Assembly (NCBI RefSeq): GCF_009914755.1
Contig: NC_060925.1
Length of the DNA: 64,000 nucleotides
Source of the DNA: the human T2T-CHM13v2.0 reference genome, Homo sapiens
Reading direction: 5' to 3' (one strand)
Numbering within the stretch: the first letter of the stretch is position 1; every line of letters begins with the position of its first letter. The translations under genes and the position numbers were made by a program. The notes beneath the pieces were generated by a model that saw only the letters and a program-made list of their open reading frames with translations, made no database searches and was not told the DNA's origin. This document shows positions 46,601 to 62,500 of this stretch, in pieces.

Positions 46601-49600
46601 CCATGGACTCGAATGCAATTATCATCGTATAGAATCGAATGGAATCATCGAATGGACTCGAATGGAATAACCATTGAACGGAATCGAATGGAATCATCAT
46701 CGGATGGAAACGAATGGAATCATCATCGAATGGAAATGAAAGGAGTCATCATCTAATGGAATTGCATGGAATCATCATAAAATGGAATCGAATGGAATCA
46801 TCATCAAATGGAATCAAATGGAATCATTGAACGGAATTGAATGGAATCGTCATCGAATGAATTGACTGCAATCATCGAATGGTCTCAAATGGAATCATCT
46901 TCAAATGGAATGGAATGGAATCATCGCATAGAATCGAATGGAATTATCATCGAATGGATTCGAATGGAATCAACATCAAACGGAAAAAAACGGAATTATC
47001 GAATGGAATCGAAGAGAATCATCGAATGGAGCCGAATGGAATCATCTAATGGAATGGAATGGAATAATCCATGGACTCGAATGCAATCATCATCGAATGG
47101 AATCGAATGGAATCATCGAATGGACTCGAATGGAATAATCATTGAACGGAATCGAATGGAATCATCATCGGATGGAAATGAATGGAATCATCATCGAATG
47201 GAATCGAATAGAATTATGGAATGAAATCCAGTGTGATCATCATCGAATGGACCCGAATGGAATCATCATCCAACGGAAGCTAATGGAATCAACATCGAAT
47301 GAATCAAATGGAAACACCACCGAATTGAAACGAATGGAATTACCATGAAATTGAAATGGATGGACTCATCATCAAATGGATTCGAGTGGAATCATCGAAT
47401 AAAATTGATTGAAATCATCATCGAATGGAATCGAATGGTATCATTGAATGGAATCGAATGGAATCATCATCAGATGGAAATGAAAGGAATCGTCATAGAA
47501 TGGAATCGAATGGATTCATTGAATGGAATCAGATGGAATCATCGAATGGACTGGAATGGAATCATTGAATGGACTCGAAAGGGATCATGATTGAATGGAA
47601 TTGAATGGAATCATCGAATGGTCTCGATTGGAATCATTATCAAATGGAATCGAATGGAATCACCGAATAGAATCGAATGGAACAATCATCGAATGGACTC
47701 AAATGGAATTATCCTTAAATGGAATCGAATGGAATTATCGAATGCAATCGAATAGAATCATCGAATGGACTCGAATGGAATCATCGAACGGAATGGAATG
47801 GAACAGTCAATGAACTCGAATGGAATCATCATTGAATGGAATCGAATGGAATCATCGAGTGGAATCGAATGGAATTATGATCAAATGGAATCGAATGTAA
47901 TCATCATCAAATGGAATCAAAAATAACCATCATCAATTGGTATTGAATGGAATTGTCATCAAATGGAATTCAAAGGAATCATCATCAAATGGAACCGAAT
48001 GGAATCCTCATTGAATGGAAATGAAAGGGGTCATCATCTAATGGAATCGCATGGAATCATCATCAAATGGAATCGAATGGAATCATCATCAAATGGAATC
48101 TAATGGAATCATTGAACAGAATTGAATGGAATCGTCATCGAATGAATTGAATGCAATCATCGAATGGTCTCGAATGGAATCATCTTCTAATGGAAAGGAA
48201 TGGAATCATCGCATAGAATCGAATGGAATTATCATCGAATGGAATCGAATGGTATCAACACCAAACGGAAAAAAACGGAATTATCGAATGGAATCGAAGA
48301 GAATCTTCGAACGGACCCGAATGGAATCATCTAATGGAATGGAATGGAATAATCCATGGACTCGAATGCAATCATCATCGAATGGAATCGAATGGAATCA
48401 TCGAATGGACTCGAATGGAATAATCATTGAACGGAATCGAATGGAATCATCATCGGATGGAAACGAATGGAATCATCATCGAATGGAAATGAAAGGAGTC
48501 ATCATCTAATGGAATTGCATGGAATCATCATAAAATGGAATCGAATGGAATCAACATCAAATGGAATCAAATGGAATCATTGAACGGAATTGAATGGAAT
48601 CGTCATCGAATGAATTGACTGCAATCATCGAATGGTCTCGAATGTAATCAGATTCTAATGGAAAGGAATGGAATCATCGCATAGAATCGAATGGAATTAA
48701 CATTGAATGGACTCGAATGGAATCAACATCAAACGGAATCAAGCGGAATTATCGAATGGAATCGAAGAGAATCATCGAATGGTCTCGAATGGAATCATAT
48801 TCTAATGGAAAGGAATGGAATCATCGCATAGAATCGAATGGAATTAACATTGAATGGACTCGAATGGAATCAACATCAAATGGAATCAAGCGGAATTATC
48901 GAATGAAATCGAAGAGAATCATGGAATGGACTCGAATGGAATCATCTAATGGAATGGAATGGAATAATCCACGGACTCGAATGCAATCATCATCGTATAG
49001 AATCGAATGGAATCATCGAATGGACTCGAATGGAATAATCATTGAACGGAATCGAATGGAATCATCATCGGATGGAAACGAATGGAATCATCATCGAATG
49101 GAAATGAAAGGAGTCATCATCTAATGGAATTGCATGGAATCATCATAAAATGGAATCGAATGGAATCAACATCAAATGGAATCAAATGGAATCATTGAAC
49201 GGAATTGAATGGAATCGTCATCGAATGAATTGAATGCAATCATCGAATGGTCTCGAATGGAATCATCTTCAAATGGAATGGAATGGCATCATCGCATAGA
49301 ATCGAATGGAATTATCATCGAATGGAATCCAATGGAATCAACATCAAACGGAAAAATCGGAATTATCGTATGGAATCGAAGAGAATCATCGAATGGACCC
49401 GAATGGAATCATCTAATGGAGTGGAATGGAATAATCCACGGACTCGAATGCAATCATCATCGAATGGAATCGAATGGAATCATCGAATGGACTCGAATGG
49501 AATAATCATCGAACGGAATCGAATGGCGTCATCATCGGATGGAAATGAATGGAATCATCATCGAATGGAATCGAATAGAATTATGGAATGAAATCCAGTG

Positions 49601-50564
49601 TGATCATCATCGAATGGACCCGAATGGAATCATCATCCAACGGAAGCTAATGGAATCAACATCGAATGAATCGAATGGAAACACCATCGAATTGAAACGA
49701 ATGGAATTATCATGAAATTGAAATGGATGGACTCATCATCGAATGGATTCGAATGGAATCATCGAATAAAATTGATTGAAATCATCAACAAATGGAATCG
49801 AATGGTATCATTGAATGGAATCGAATGGAATCATCATCAGATAGAAATGAATGGAATCGTCATAGAATGGAATCGAATGGTTTCATTGAATGGAATCAGA
49901 TGGAATCATCGAATGGACTGGAATGGAATCATTGAATGGACTCGAAAGGATTCATTATTGAATGGAATTGAATGGAATCATCGAATAGTCTCGATTCGAA
50001 TCATTATCAAATGGAATCGAATGGAATCACCGAATAGAATCGCATGGAACAATCATCGAATGGACTCAAATGGAATTATCCTCAAATGGAATCGAATGGA
50101 AATATCGAATGCAATCGAATGGAATTATCGAATGCAATCGAATAGAATCATCGAATGGACTCGAATGGAATCATCGAATGGAATGGAATGGAATGGAACA
50201 GTCAATGAACTCGAATGGAATCATCATTGAATGGAATCGAATGGAATCATCGAGTGGAATCGAATGGAATTATGATCAAATGGAATCGAATGTAATCATC
50301 ATCAAATGGAATCAAAAATAACCATCATCAATTGGTATTGAATGGAATTGTCATCAAATGGAATTCAAAGGAATCATCATCAAATGGAACCGAATGGAAT
50401 CCTCATTGAATGGAAATGAAAGGGGTCATCATCTAATGGAATCGCATGGAATCATCATCAAATGGAATCGAATGGAATCATCATCAAATGGAATCTAATG
50501 GAATCATTGAACAGAATTGAATGGAATCGTCATCGAATGAATTGAATGCAATCATCGAATGGTC

Positions 50565-53500
50565 TCGAATGGAATCATCTTCTAATGGAAAGGAATGGAA
50601 TCACCGCATAGAATCGAATGGAATTAACATAGAATGGACTCGAATGGAATCCACATCAAACGGAATCAAGCGGAATTATCGAATGGAATCGAAGAGAATC
50701 ATCGAATGGACTCGAATGGAATCATCTAATGGAATGGAATGGAATAATCCACGGACTCGAATGCAATCATCATCGTATAGAATCGAATGGAATCATTGAA
50801 TGGACTCGAATGGAATAATCATTGAACGGAATCAAATGGAATCATCATCGGATGGAAACGAATGGAATCATCATGGAATGGAAAAGAAAAGAGTCATCAT
50901 CTAATGGAATTGCATGGAATCATCATAAAATGGAATCGAATGGAATCAACATCAAATGGAATCAAATGGAATCATTGAACGGAATTGAATGGAATCGTCA
51001 TCGAATGAATTGAATGCAATCATCGAATGGTCTCGAATGGAATCATCTTCTAATGGAAAGTAATGGAATCATCGCATAGAATCGAATGGAATTAAAATTG
51101 AATGGACTCGAATGGAATCAACATCAAACGGAAAAAAAGGGAATTATCGAATGGAATCGAAGAGAATCATCGAATGGACCCGAATGGAATCATCTAATGG
51201 AATGGAATGGAATAATCCATGGACTCGAATGCAATCATCATCGAATGGAATCGAATGGAATCATCGAATGGACTCGAATGGAATAATCATTGAACGGAAT
51301 CGAATGGAATCATCATCGGATGGAAACGAATGGAATCATCATCGAATGGAAATGAAAGGAGTCATGTAATGGAATTACATGGAATCATCATAAAATGGAA
51401 TTGAATGGAATCAACATCAAATGGAATCCAATGGAATCATTGAACGGAATTGAATGAATCGTCTTCGAATCAATTGAATGCAATCATCGAATGGTCTCGA
51501 ATGGAATCATGTTCAAATGGAATGGAATGGAATCATCGCATAGAATCGAATGTAATTATCATCGAATGGAATCGAATGAAATCAACAACAAACGGAAAAA
51601 AAAAGGAATTATCGAATGGAATCAAAGAGAATCATCGAATGGACCCGAATGGAATCATCTAATGGAATGGAATGGAATAATCCATGGACTCGAATGCAAT
51701 CATCATCGAATGGAATCGAATGGAATCATCGAATGGACTCGAATGGAATAATCATAGAACGGAATCGAATGGAATCATCATCGGATGGAAATTAATGGAA
51801 TCATCATCGAATGGAATCGAATAGAATTATGGAATGAAATCCAGTGTGATCATCATCGAATGCACCCGAATGGAATCATCATCCAACGGAATCTAATGGA
51901 AACAACATCGAATGAATCGAATGGAAACACCATCGAATTGAAACGAGTGGAATTATCATGAAATTGAAATGGATGGACTCATCATCGAATGGATTCGAAT
52001 GGAATCATCGAATAAAATTGATTGAAATCATCATCAAATGGAATCGAATGGTATCATTGAATGGAATCGAATGGAATCATCATCAGATGGAAATGAATGG
52101 AATCGTCATAGAATGGAATCGAAGGGATTCATTGAATGGAATCAGATGGAATCATCGAATGGACTGGAATGGAATCATTGAATGGACTCGAGAGGGATCA
52201 TTATTGAATGGAATTGAATGGAATCATGGAATGGTCTCGATTGGAATCATTATCAAATGGAATCGAATGGAATCACCGAACAGAATCGAATGGAACCATC
52301 ATCGAATGGACTCCAATGGAATTATCCTCAAATGGAATCGAATGGAATTATCGAATGCAATCGAATGGAATTATCGAATGCAATCGAATAGAATCATCGA
52401 ATGGACTCGAATGGAATCATCGAATGGAATGGATTGGAACAGTCAATGAACTCGAATGGAATCATCATTGAATGGAATCGAATGGAATCATCGAGTGGAA
52501 TCGAATGGAATTATGATCAAATGGAATCGAATGTAATCATCATCAAATGGAATCAAAGATAACCATCATCAATTGGTATTGAATGGAATTGTCATCAAAT
52601 GGAATTCAAAGGAATCTTCACCAAATGGAACCGAAAGGAATCCTCATTGAATGGAAATGAAAGGGGTCATCATCTAATGGAATCGCATGCAATCATCATC
52701 AAATGGAATCGAATGGAATCATCATCAGATGGAATCTAATGGAATCATTGAACAGAATTGAATGGAATCGTCATCGAATGAATTGAATGCAATCATCGAA
52801 TGGTCTCGAATGGAATCATCTTCAAATGGAATGGAATGGAATCATCGCATAGAATCGAATGGAATTATCATCGAATGGAATCGAATGGAATCAACATCAA
52901 ACGGAAAAAAACGGAATTATCGAATGGAATCGAAGAGAATCATAGAATGGTCCCGAATGGAATCGTCTAATGGAATGGAATGGAATAATCCATGGACTCG
53001 AATGCAATCATCATCGAATGGAATCGAATGGAATCATCGAATGGACTCGAATGGAATAATCATTGAACGGAATCGAATGGAATCATCATCGGATGGAAAT
53101 GAATGGAATCATTATCGAATGGAATCGAATAGAATTATGGAATGAAATCCAGTGTCATCATCATCGAATGGAGCTGAATGGAATCATCATCCAACGGAAG
53201 CTAATGGAATCAACATCGAATGAATCGAATGGAAACACCATCGAATTGAAACGAGTGGAATTATCATGAAATTGAAATGGATGGACTCATCATCGAATGG
53301 ATTCGAATGGAATCATCGAATAAAATTGATTGAAATCATCATCAAATGGAATCGAATGGTAGCATTGAATGGAATCGAATGGAATCATCATCAGATGGAA
53401 ATGAATGGAATCGTCATAGAATGGAATCCAATGGATTCATTGAATGGAATCAGATGGAATCTTCGAATGGACTGGAATGGAATCATTGAATGGACTCAAA

Positions 53501-56500
53501 AGGGATCATTATTGAATGGAATTGAATGGAATCATCGAATGGTCTCGATTGGAATCATTATCAAATGGAATCGAATGGAATCACCGAATAGAATCGAATG
53601 GAACAATCATCGAATGGACTCAAATGAAATTATCCTCAAGTGGAATCGAATGGAATTATCGAATGCAATCGAATGGAATTATCGAATGCAATCGAATAGA
53701 ATCATCGAATGGACTCGAATGGAATCATCGAATGGAATGGAATGGAACAGTCAATGAACTCGAATGGAATCATCATTGAATGGAATCGAATGGAATCATC
53801 GAGTGGAATCGAATGGAATTATGATCAAATGGAATCGAATGTAATCATCATCAAATGGAATCAAAAATAACCATCATCAATTGGTATTCAATGGAATTGT
53901 CATCAAATGGAATTCAAAGGTATCATCATCAAATGGAACCGAATGGAATCCTCATTGAATGGAAATGAAAGGGGTCATCATCTAATGGAATCGCATGGAA
54001 TCATCATCAAATGGAATCGAATGGAATCATCATCAAATGGAATCTAATGGAATCATTGAACAGAATTGAATGGAATCGTCATCGAATGAATTGAATGCAA
54101 TCATCGAATGGTCTCGAATGGAATCATCTTCTAATGGAAAGTAATGGAATCATCGCATAGAATCGAATGGAATTAAAATTGAATGGACTCGAATGGAATC
54201 AACATCAAACGGAAAAAAACGGAATTATCGAATGGAATCGAAGAGAATCATCGAACGGACCCGAATGGAATCATCTAATGGAATGGAATGGAATAATCCA
54301 TGGACTCGAATGCAATCATCATCGAATGGAATCGAATGGAATCATCGAATGGACTCGAATGGAATAATCATTGAACGGAATCGAATGGAATCATCATCGG
54401 ATGGAAAAGAATGGAATCATCATCGAATGGAAATGAAAGGAGTCATCATCTAATGGAATTGCATGGAATCATCATAAAATGGAATCGAATGGAATCAACA
54501 TCAAATGGAATCCAATGGAATCATTGAACGGAATTGAATGGAATCGTCATCGAATCAATTGAATGCAATCATCGAATGGTCTCGAATGGAATCATGTTCA
54601 AATGGAATGGAATGGAATCATCGCATAGAATCGAATGTAATTATCATCGAATGGAATCGAATGAAATCAACAACAAACGGAAAAAAAAGGAATTATCGAA
54701 TGGAATCAAAGAGAATCATCGAATGGACCCGAATGGAATCATCTAATGGAAGGGAATGGAATAATCCATGGACTCGAATGCAATCATCATCGAATGGAAT
54801 CGAATGGAATCATCGAATGGACTCGAATGGAATAATCATAGAACGGAATCGAATGGAATCATCATCGGATGGAAATGAATGGAATCACCATCGAATGGAA
54901 TCGAATAGAATTATGGAATGAAATCCAGTGTGATCATCATCGAATGGACCCGAAGGGAATCATCATCCAACGGAAGCTAATGGAAACAACATCGAATGAA
55001 TCGAATGGAAACACCATCGAATTGAAACGAGTGGAATTATCATGAAATTGAAATGGATAGACTCATCATCGAATGGATTCGAATGGAATCATCGAATAAA
55101 ATTGATTGAAATCATCATCAAATGGAATCGAATGGTATCATTGAATGGAATCGAATGGAATCATCATCAGATGGAAATGAATGGAATCGTCATAGAATGG
55201 AATCGAATGGATTCATTGAATGGAATCAGATGGAATCATCGAATGGACTGGAATGGAATCATTGAATGGACTCGAGAGGGATCATTATTGAATGGATGAA
55301 TGGAATCATGGAATGGTCTCGATTGGAATCATTATCAAATGGAATCGAATGGAATCACCGAATAGAATCGAATGGAACAATCATCGAATGGACTCCAATG
55401 GAATTATCCTCAAATGGAATCGAATGGAATTATCGAATGCAATCGAATGGAATTATCGAATGCAATCGAATAGAATCATCGAATGGACTCGAATGGAATC
55501 ATCGAATGGAATGGAATGGAACAGTCAATGAACTCGAATGGAATCATCATTGAATGGAATCGAATGGAATCATCGAGTGGAATCGAATGGAATTATGATC
55601 AAATGGAATCGAATGTAATCATCATCAAATGGAATCAAAGATAACCATCATCAATTGGTATTGAATGGAATTGTCATCAAATGGAATTCAAAGGAATCAT
55701 CACCAAATGGAACCGAAAGGAATCCTCATTGAATGGAAATGAAAGGGGTCATCATCTAATGGAATCGCATGGAATCATCATCAAATGGAATCGAATGGAA
55801 TCATCATCAGATGGAATCTAATGGAATCATTGAACAGAATTGAATGGAATCGTCATCGAATGAATTGAATGCAATCATCGAATGGTCTCGAACGGAATCA
55901 TATTCTAATGGAAAGGAATGGAATCATCGCATAGAATCGAGTGGAATTAACATTGAATGGACTCGAATGGAATCAACATCAAACGGAATCAAGCGGAATT
56001 ATCGAATGGAATCGAAGAGAATCATCGAATGGACTCGAATGGAATCATCTAATGGAATGGAATGGAATAATCCACGGACTCGAATGCAATCATCATCGTA
56101 TAGAATCGAATGGAATCATCGAAAGGACTCGAAAGGAATAATCATTGAACGGAATCGAATGGAATCATCATCGGATGGAAACTAATGGAATCATCATCGA
56201 ATGGAAATGAAAGGAGTCATCATCTAATGGAATTGCATGGAATCATCATAAAATGGAATCGAATGGAATCATCATCAAATGGAATCAAATGGAATCATTG
56301 AACGGAATTGAATGGAATCGTCATCGAATGAATTGAATGCAATCATCGAATGGTCTCGAATGGAATCATCTTCAAATGGAATGGAATGGAATCATCGCAT
56401 AGAATCGAATGGAATTATCATCGAATGGAATCGAATGGAATCAACATCAAATGGGAAAAAACGGAATTATCGAATGGAATCGAAGAGAATCATCGAATGG

Positions 56501-59500
56501 ACCCGAATGGAATCATCTAATGGAATGGAATGGAATAATCCATGAACTCGAATGCAATCATCATCGAATGGAATCGAATGGAATCATCGAATGGACTCGA
56601 ATGGAATAATCATCAAACGGAATCGAATGGAATCATCATCGGATGGAAATGAATAGAATCATCATCGAATGGAATCGAATAGAATTATGGAATGAAATCC
56701 AGTGTGATCATCATCGAATGGACCCGAATGGAATCATCATCCAACGGAAGCTAATGGAATCAACATCGAATGAATCGAATGGAAACACCATCGAATTGAA
56801 ACGAATGGAATTATCATGAAATTGAAATGGATGGACTCATCATCGAATGGATTCGAATGGAATCATCGAATAAAATTGATTGAAATCATCATCAAATGGA
56901 ATCGAATGGTATCATTGAATGGAATCGAATGGAATCATCATCAGATGGAAATGAATGGAATCGTCATAGAATGGAATCGAATGGATTCATTGAGTGGAAT
57001 CAGATGGAATCATCGAATGGACTGGAATGGAATCACTGAATGGACTCGAAAGGGATCATCATTGAATGGAATTGAATGGAATCATGGAATGGTCTCGATT
57101 GGAATCATTATCAAATGGAATCGAATGAAATCACCGAATAGAATCGAATGGAACAATCATCGAATGGACTCAAATGGAATTATCTTCAAATGGAATCGAA
57201 TGGAATTATCGAATGCAATCGAATGGAATTATCGAATGCAATCGAATAGAATCATCGAATGGACTCGAATGGAATCATCAAATGGAATGGAATGGAACAG
57301 TCAATGAACTCGAATGGAATCATCATTGAATGGAATCGAATGGAATCATCGAGTGGAATCGAATGGAATTATGATCAAATGGAATCGAATGTAATCATCA
57401 TCAAATGGAATCAAAAATAACCATCATCAATTGGTATTCAATGGAATTGTCATCAAATGGAATTCAAAGGTATCATCATCAAATGGAACCGAATGGAATC
57501 CTCATTGAATGGAAATGAAAGGGGTCATCATCTAATGGAATCGCATGGAATCATCATCAAATGGAATCGAATGGAATCATCATCAAATGGAATCTAATGG
57601 AATCATTGAACAGAATTGAATGGAATCGTCGTCGAATGAATTGAATGCAATCATCGAATGGTCTCGAATGGAATCATCTTCTAATGGAAAGTAATGGAAT
57701 CATCGCATAGAATCGAATGGAATTAAAATTGAATGGACTCGAATGGAATCAACATCAAACGGAAAAAAACGGAATTATCGAATGGAATCGAAGAGAATCA
57801 TCGAACGGACCCGAATGGAATCATCTAATGGAATGGAATGGAATAATCCATGGACTCGAATGCAATCATCATCGAATGGAATCGAATGGAATCATCGAAT
57901 GGACTCGAATGGAATAATCATTGAACGGAATCGAATGGAATCATCATCGGATGGAAAAGAATGGAATCATCATCGAATGGAAATGAAAGGAGTCATCATC
58001 TAATGGAATTGCATGGAATCATCATAAAATGGAATCGAATGGAATCAACATCAAATGGAATCCAATGGAATCATTGAACGGAATTGAATGGAATCGTCAT
58101 CGAATCAATTGAATGCAATCATCGAATGGTCTCGAATGGAATCATGTTCAAATGGAATGGAATGGAATCATCGCATAGAATCGAATGTAATTATCATCGA
58201 ATGGAATCGAATGAAATCAACAACAAACGGAAAAAAAAGGAATTATCGAATGGAATCAAAGAGAATCATCGAATGGACCCGAATGGAATCATCTAATGGA
58301 AGGGAATGGAATAATCCATGGACTCGAATGCAATCATCATCGAATGGAATCGAATGGAATCATCGAATGGACTCGAATGGAATAATCATAGAACGGAATC
58401 GAATGGAATCATCATCGGATGGAAATGAATGGAATCACCATCGAATGGAATCGAATAGAATTATGGAATGAAATCCAGTGTGATCATCATCGAATGGACC
58501 CGAAGGGAATCATCATCCAACGGAAGCTAATGGAAACTACATCGAATGAATCGAATGGAAACACCATCGAATTGAAACGAGTGGAATTATCATGAAATTG
58601 AAATGGATGGACTCATCATCGAATGGATTCGAATGGAATCATCGAATAAAATTGATTGAAATCATCATCAAATGGAATCGAATGGTATCATTGAATGGAA
58701 TCGAATGGAATCATCATCAGATGGAAATGAATGGAATCGTCATAGAATGGAATCGAATGGATTCATTGAATGGAATCAGATGGAATCATCGAATGGACTG
58801 GAATGGAATCATTGAATGGACTCGAGAGGGATCATTATTGAATGGATGAATGGAATCATGGAATGGTCTCGATTGGAATCATTATCAAATGGAATCGAAT
58901 GGAATCACCGAATAGAATCGAATGGAACAATCATCGAATGGACTCCAATGGAATTATCCTCAAATGGAATCGTATGGAATTATCGAATGCAATCGAATGG
59001 AATTATCGAATGCAATCGAATAGAATCATCGAATGGACTCGAATGGAATCATCGAATGGAATGGAATGGAACAGTCAATGAACTCGAATGGAATCATCAT
59101 TGAATGGAATCGAATGGAATCATCGAGTGGAATCGAATGGAATTATGATCAAATGGAATCGAATGTAATCATCATCAAATGGAATCAAAGATAACCATCA
59201 TCAATTGGTATTGAATGGAATTGTCATCAAATGGAATTCAAAGGAATCATCACCAAATGGAACCGAAAGGAATCCTCATTGAATGGAAATGAAAGGGGTC
59301 ATCATCTAATGGAATCGCATGGAATCATCATCAAATGGAATCGAATGGAATCATCATCAGATGGAATCTAATGGAATCATTGAACAGAATTGAATGGAAT
59401 CGTCATCGAATGAATTGAATGCAATCATCGAATGGTCTCGAACGGAATCATCTTCTAATGGAAAGGAATGGAATCATCGCATAGAATCGAATGGAATTAA

Positions 59501-62500
59501 CATTGAATGGACTCGAATGGAATCAACATCAAACGGAATCAAGTGGAATTATCGAATGGAATCGAAGAGAATCATCGAATGGACTCGAATGGAATCATCT
59601 AATGGAATGGAATGGAATAATCCACGGACTCGAATGCAATCATCATCGTATAGAATCGAATGGAATCATCGAAAGGACTCGAAAGGAATAATCATTGAAC
59701 GGAATCGAATGGAATCATCATCGGATGGAAACTAATGGAATCATCATCGAATGGAAATGAAAGGAGTCATCATCTAATGGAATTGCATGGAATCATCATA
59801 AAATGGAATCGAATGGAATCATCATCAAATGGAATCAAATGGAATCATTGAACGGAATTGAATGGAATCGTCATCGAATGAATTGAATGCAATCATCGAA
59901 TGGTCTCGAATGGAATCATCTTCAAATGGAATGGAATGGAATCATCGCATAGAATCGAATGGAATTATCATCGAATGGAATCGAATGGAATCAACATCAA
60001 ATGGAAAAAAACGGAATTATCGAATGGAATCGAAGAGAATCATCGAATGGACCCGAATGGAATCATCTAATGGAATGGAATGGAATAATCCATGAACTCG
60101 AATGGAATCATCATCGAATGGAATCGAATGGAATCATCGAATGGACTCGAATGGAATAATCATCAAACGGAATCGAATGGAATCATCATCGGATGGAAAT
60201 GAATAGAATCATCATCGAATGGAATCGAATAGAATTATGGAATGAAATCCAGTGTGATCATCATCGAATGGACCCGAATGGAATCATCATCCAACGGAAG
60301 CTAATGGAATCAACATCGAATGAATCGAATGGAAACACCATCGAATTGAAACGAATGGAATTATCATGAAATTGAAATGGATGGACTCATCATGGAATGG
60401 ATTCGAATGGAATCATCGAATAAAATTGATTGAAATCATCATCAAATGGAATCGAATGGTATCATTGAATGGAATCGAATGGAATCATCATCAGATGGAA
60501 ATGAATGGAATCGTCATAGAATGGAATCGAATGGATTCATTGAGTGGAATCAGATGGAATCATCGAATGGACTGGAATGGAATCACTGAATGGACTCGAA
60601 AGGGATCATCATTGAATGGAATTGAATGGAATCATGGAATGGTCTCGATTGGAATCATTATCAAATGGAATCGAATGAAATCACCGAATAGAATCGAATG
60701 GAACAATCATCGAATGGACTCAAATGGAATTATCTTCAAATGGAATCGAATGGAATTATCGAATGCAATCGAATGGAATTATCGAATGCAATCGAATAGA
60801 ATCATCGAATGGACTCGAATGGAATCATCAAATGGAATGGAATGGAACAGTCAATGAACTCGAATGGAATCATCATTGAATGGAATCGAATGGAATCATC
60901 GAGTGGAATCGAATGGAATTATGATCAAATGGAATCGAATGTAATCATCATCAAATGGAATCAAAAATAACCATCATCAATTGGTATTGAATGGATTTGT
61001 CATCAAATGGAATTCAAAGGAATCATCATCAAATGGAACCGAATGGAATCCTCATTGAATGGAAATGAAAGGGGTCATCATCTAATGGAATCGCATGGAA
61101 TCATCATCAAATGGAATCGAATGCAATCTTCATCAAATGGAATCTAATGGAATCATTGAACAGAATTGAATGGAATCGTCATCGAATGAATTGAATGCAA
61201 TCATCGAATGGTCTCGAATGGAAACATCTTCTAATGGAAAGGAATGGAATCATCGCATAGAATCGAATGGAATTAACATTGAATGGACTCGAATGGAATC
61301 CACATCAAACGGAATCAAGCGGAATTATCGAATGGAATCGAAGAGAATCATCCAATGGACTCGAATGGAATCATCTAATGGAATGGAATGGAATAATCCA
61401 CGGACTCGAATGCTATCATCATCGTATAGAATCGAATGGAATCATCGAATGGACTCGAATGGAATAATCATTGAACGGAATCAAATGGAATCATCATCGG
61501 ATGGAAACGAATGGAATCATCATCGAATGGAAATGAAAAGAGTTATCATCTAATGGAATTGCATGGAATCATCATAAAATGGAATCGAATGGAATCAACA
61601 TCAAATGGAATCAAATGGAATCATTGAACGGAATTGAATGGAATCGTCATCGAATGAATTGAATGCAATCATCGAATGGTCTCGAAAGGAATCATCTTCA
61701 AATGGAATGGTATGGAATCCTCGCATAGAATCGAATGTAATTATCATCGAATGGAATCGAATGAAATCAACAACAAACGGAAAAAAAAGGAATTATCGAA
61801 TGGAATCGAAGAGAATCATCGAATGGACCCGAATGGAATGATCTAATGGAATGGAATGGAATAATCCATGGACTCGAATGCAATCATCATCGAATGGAAT
61901 CGAATCGAATCATCGAATGGACTCGAATGGAATAATCATTGAACGGAATCGCATGGAGTCATCATCGGATGGAACTGAATGGAATCATCATCGAATGGAA
62001 TCGAATAGAATTATGGAATGAAATCCAGTGTGATCAGCATCGAATGGACCCGAATGGAATCATCATCCAACGGAAGCTAATGGAATCAACATCGAATGAA
62101 TCGAATGGAAACACCATCGAATTGAAACGAATGGAATTATCATGAAAGTGATATGGATGGACTCGTCATCGAATGGATTCGAATGGAATCATCGAATAAA
62201 ATTGATTGAAATCATCATCAAGTGGAATCGAATGGTATCATTGAATGGAATCGAATGGAATCATCAGATGGAAATGGATTGAATCGTCATAGAATGGAAT
62301 AGAATGGATTCATTGAATGGAATCAGATGGAATCATCGAATGGACTGGAATGGAATCATTGAATGGACTCGAAAGGGATCATTATTGAATGGAATTGAAT
62401 GGAATCATCGAATGGTCTCGATTGGAATCATTATCAAATGGAATCGAATGGAATCACCGAATAGAATCGAATGGAACAATCATCGAATGGACACAAATGG

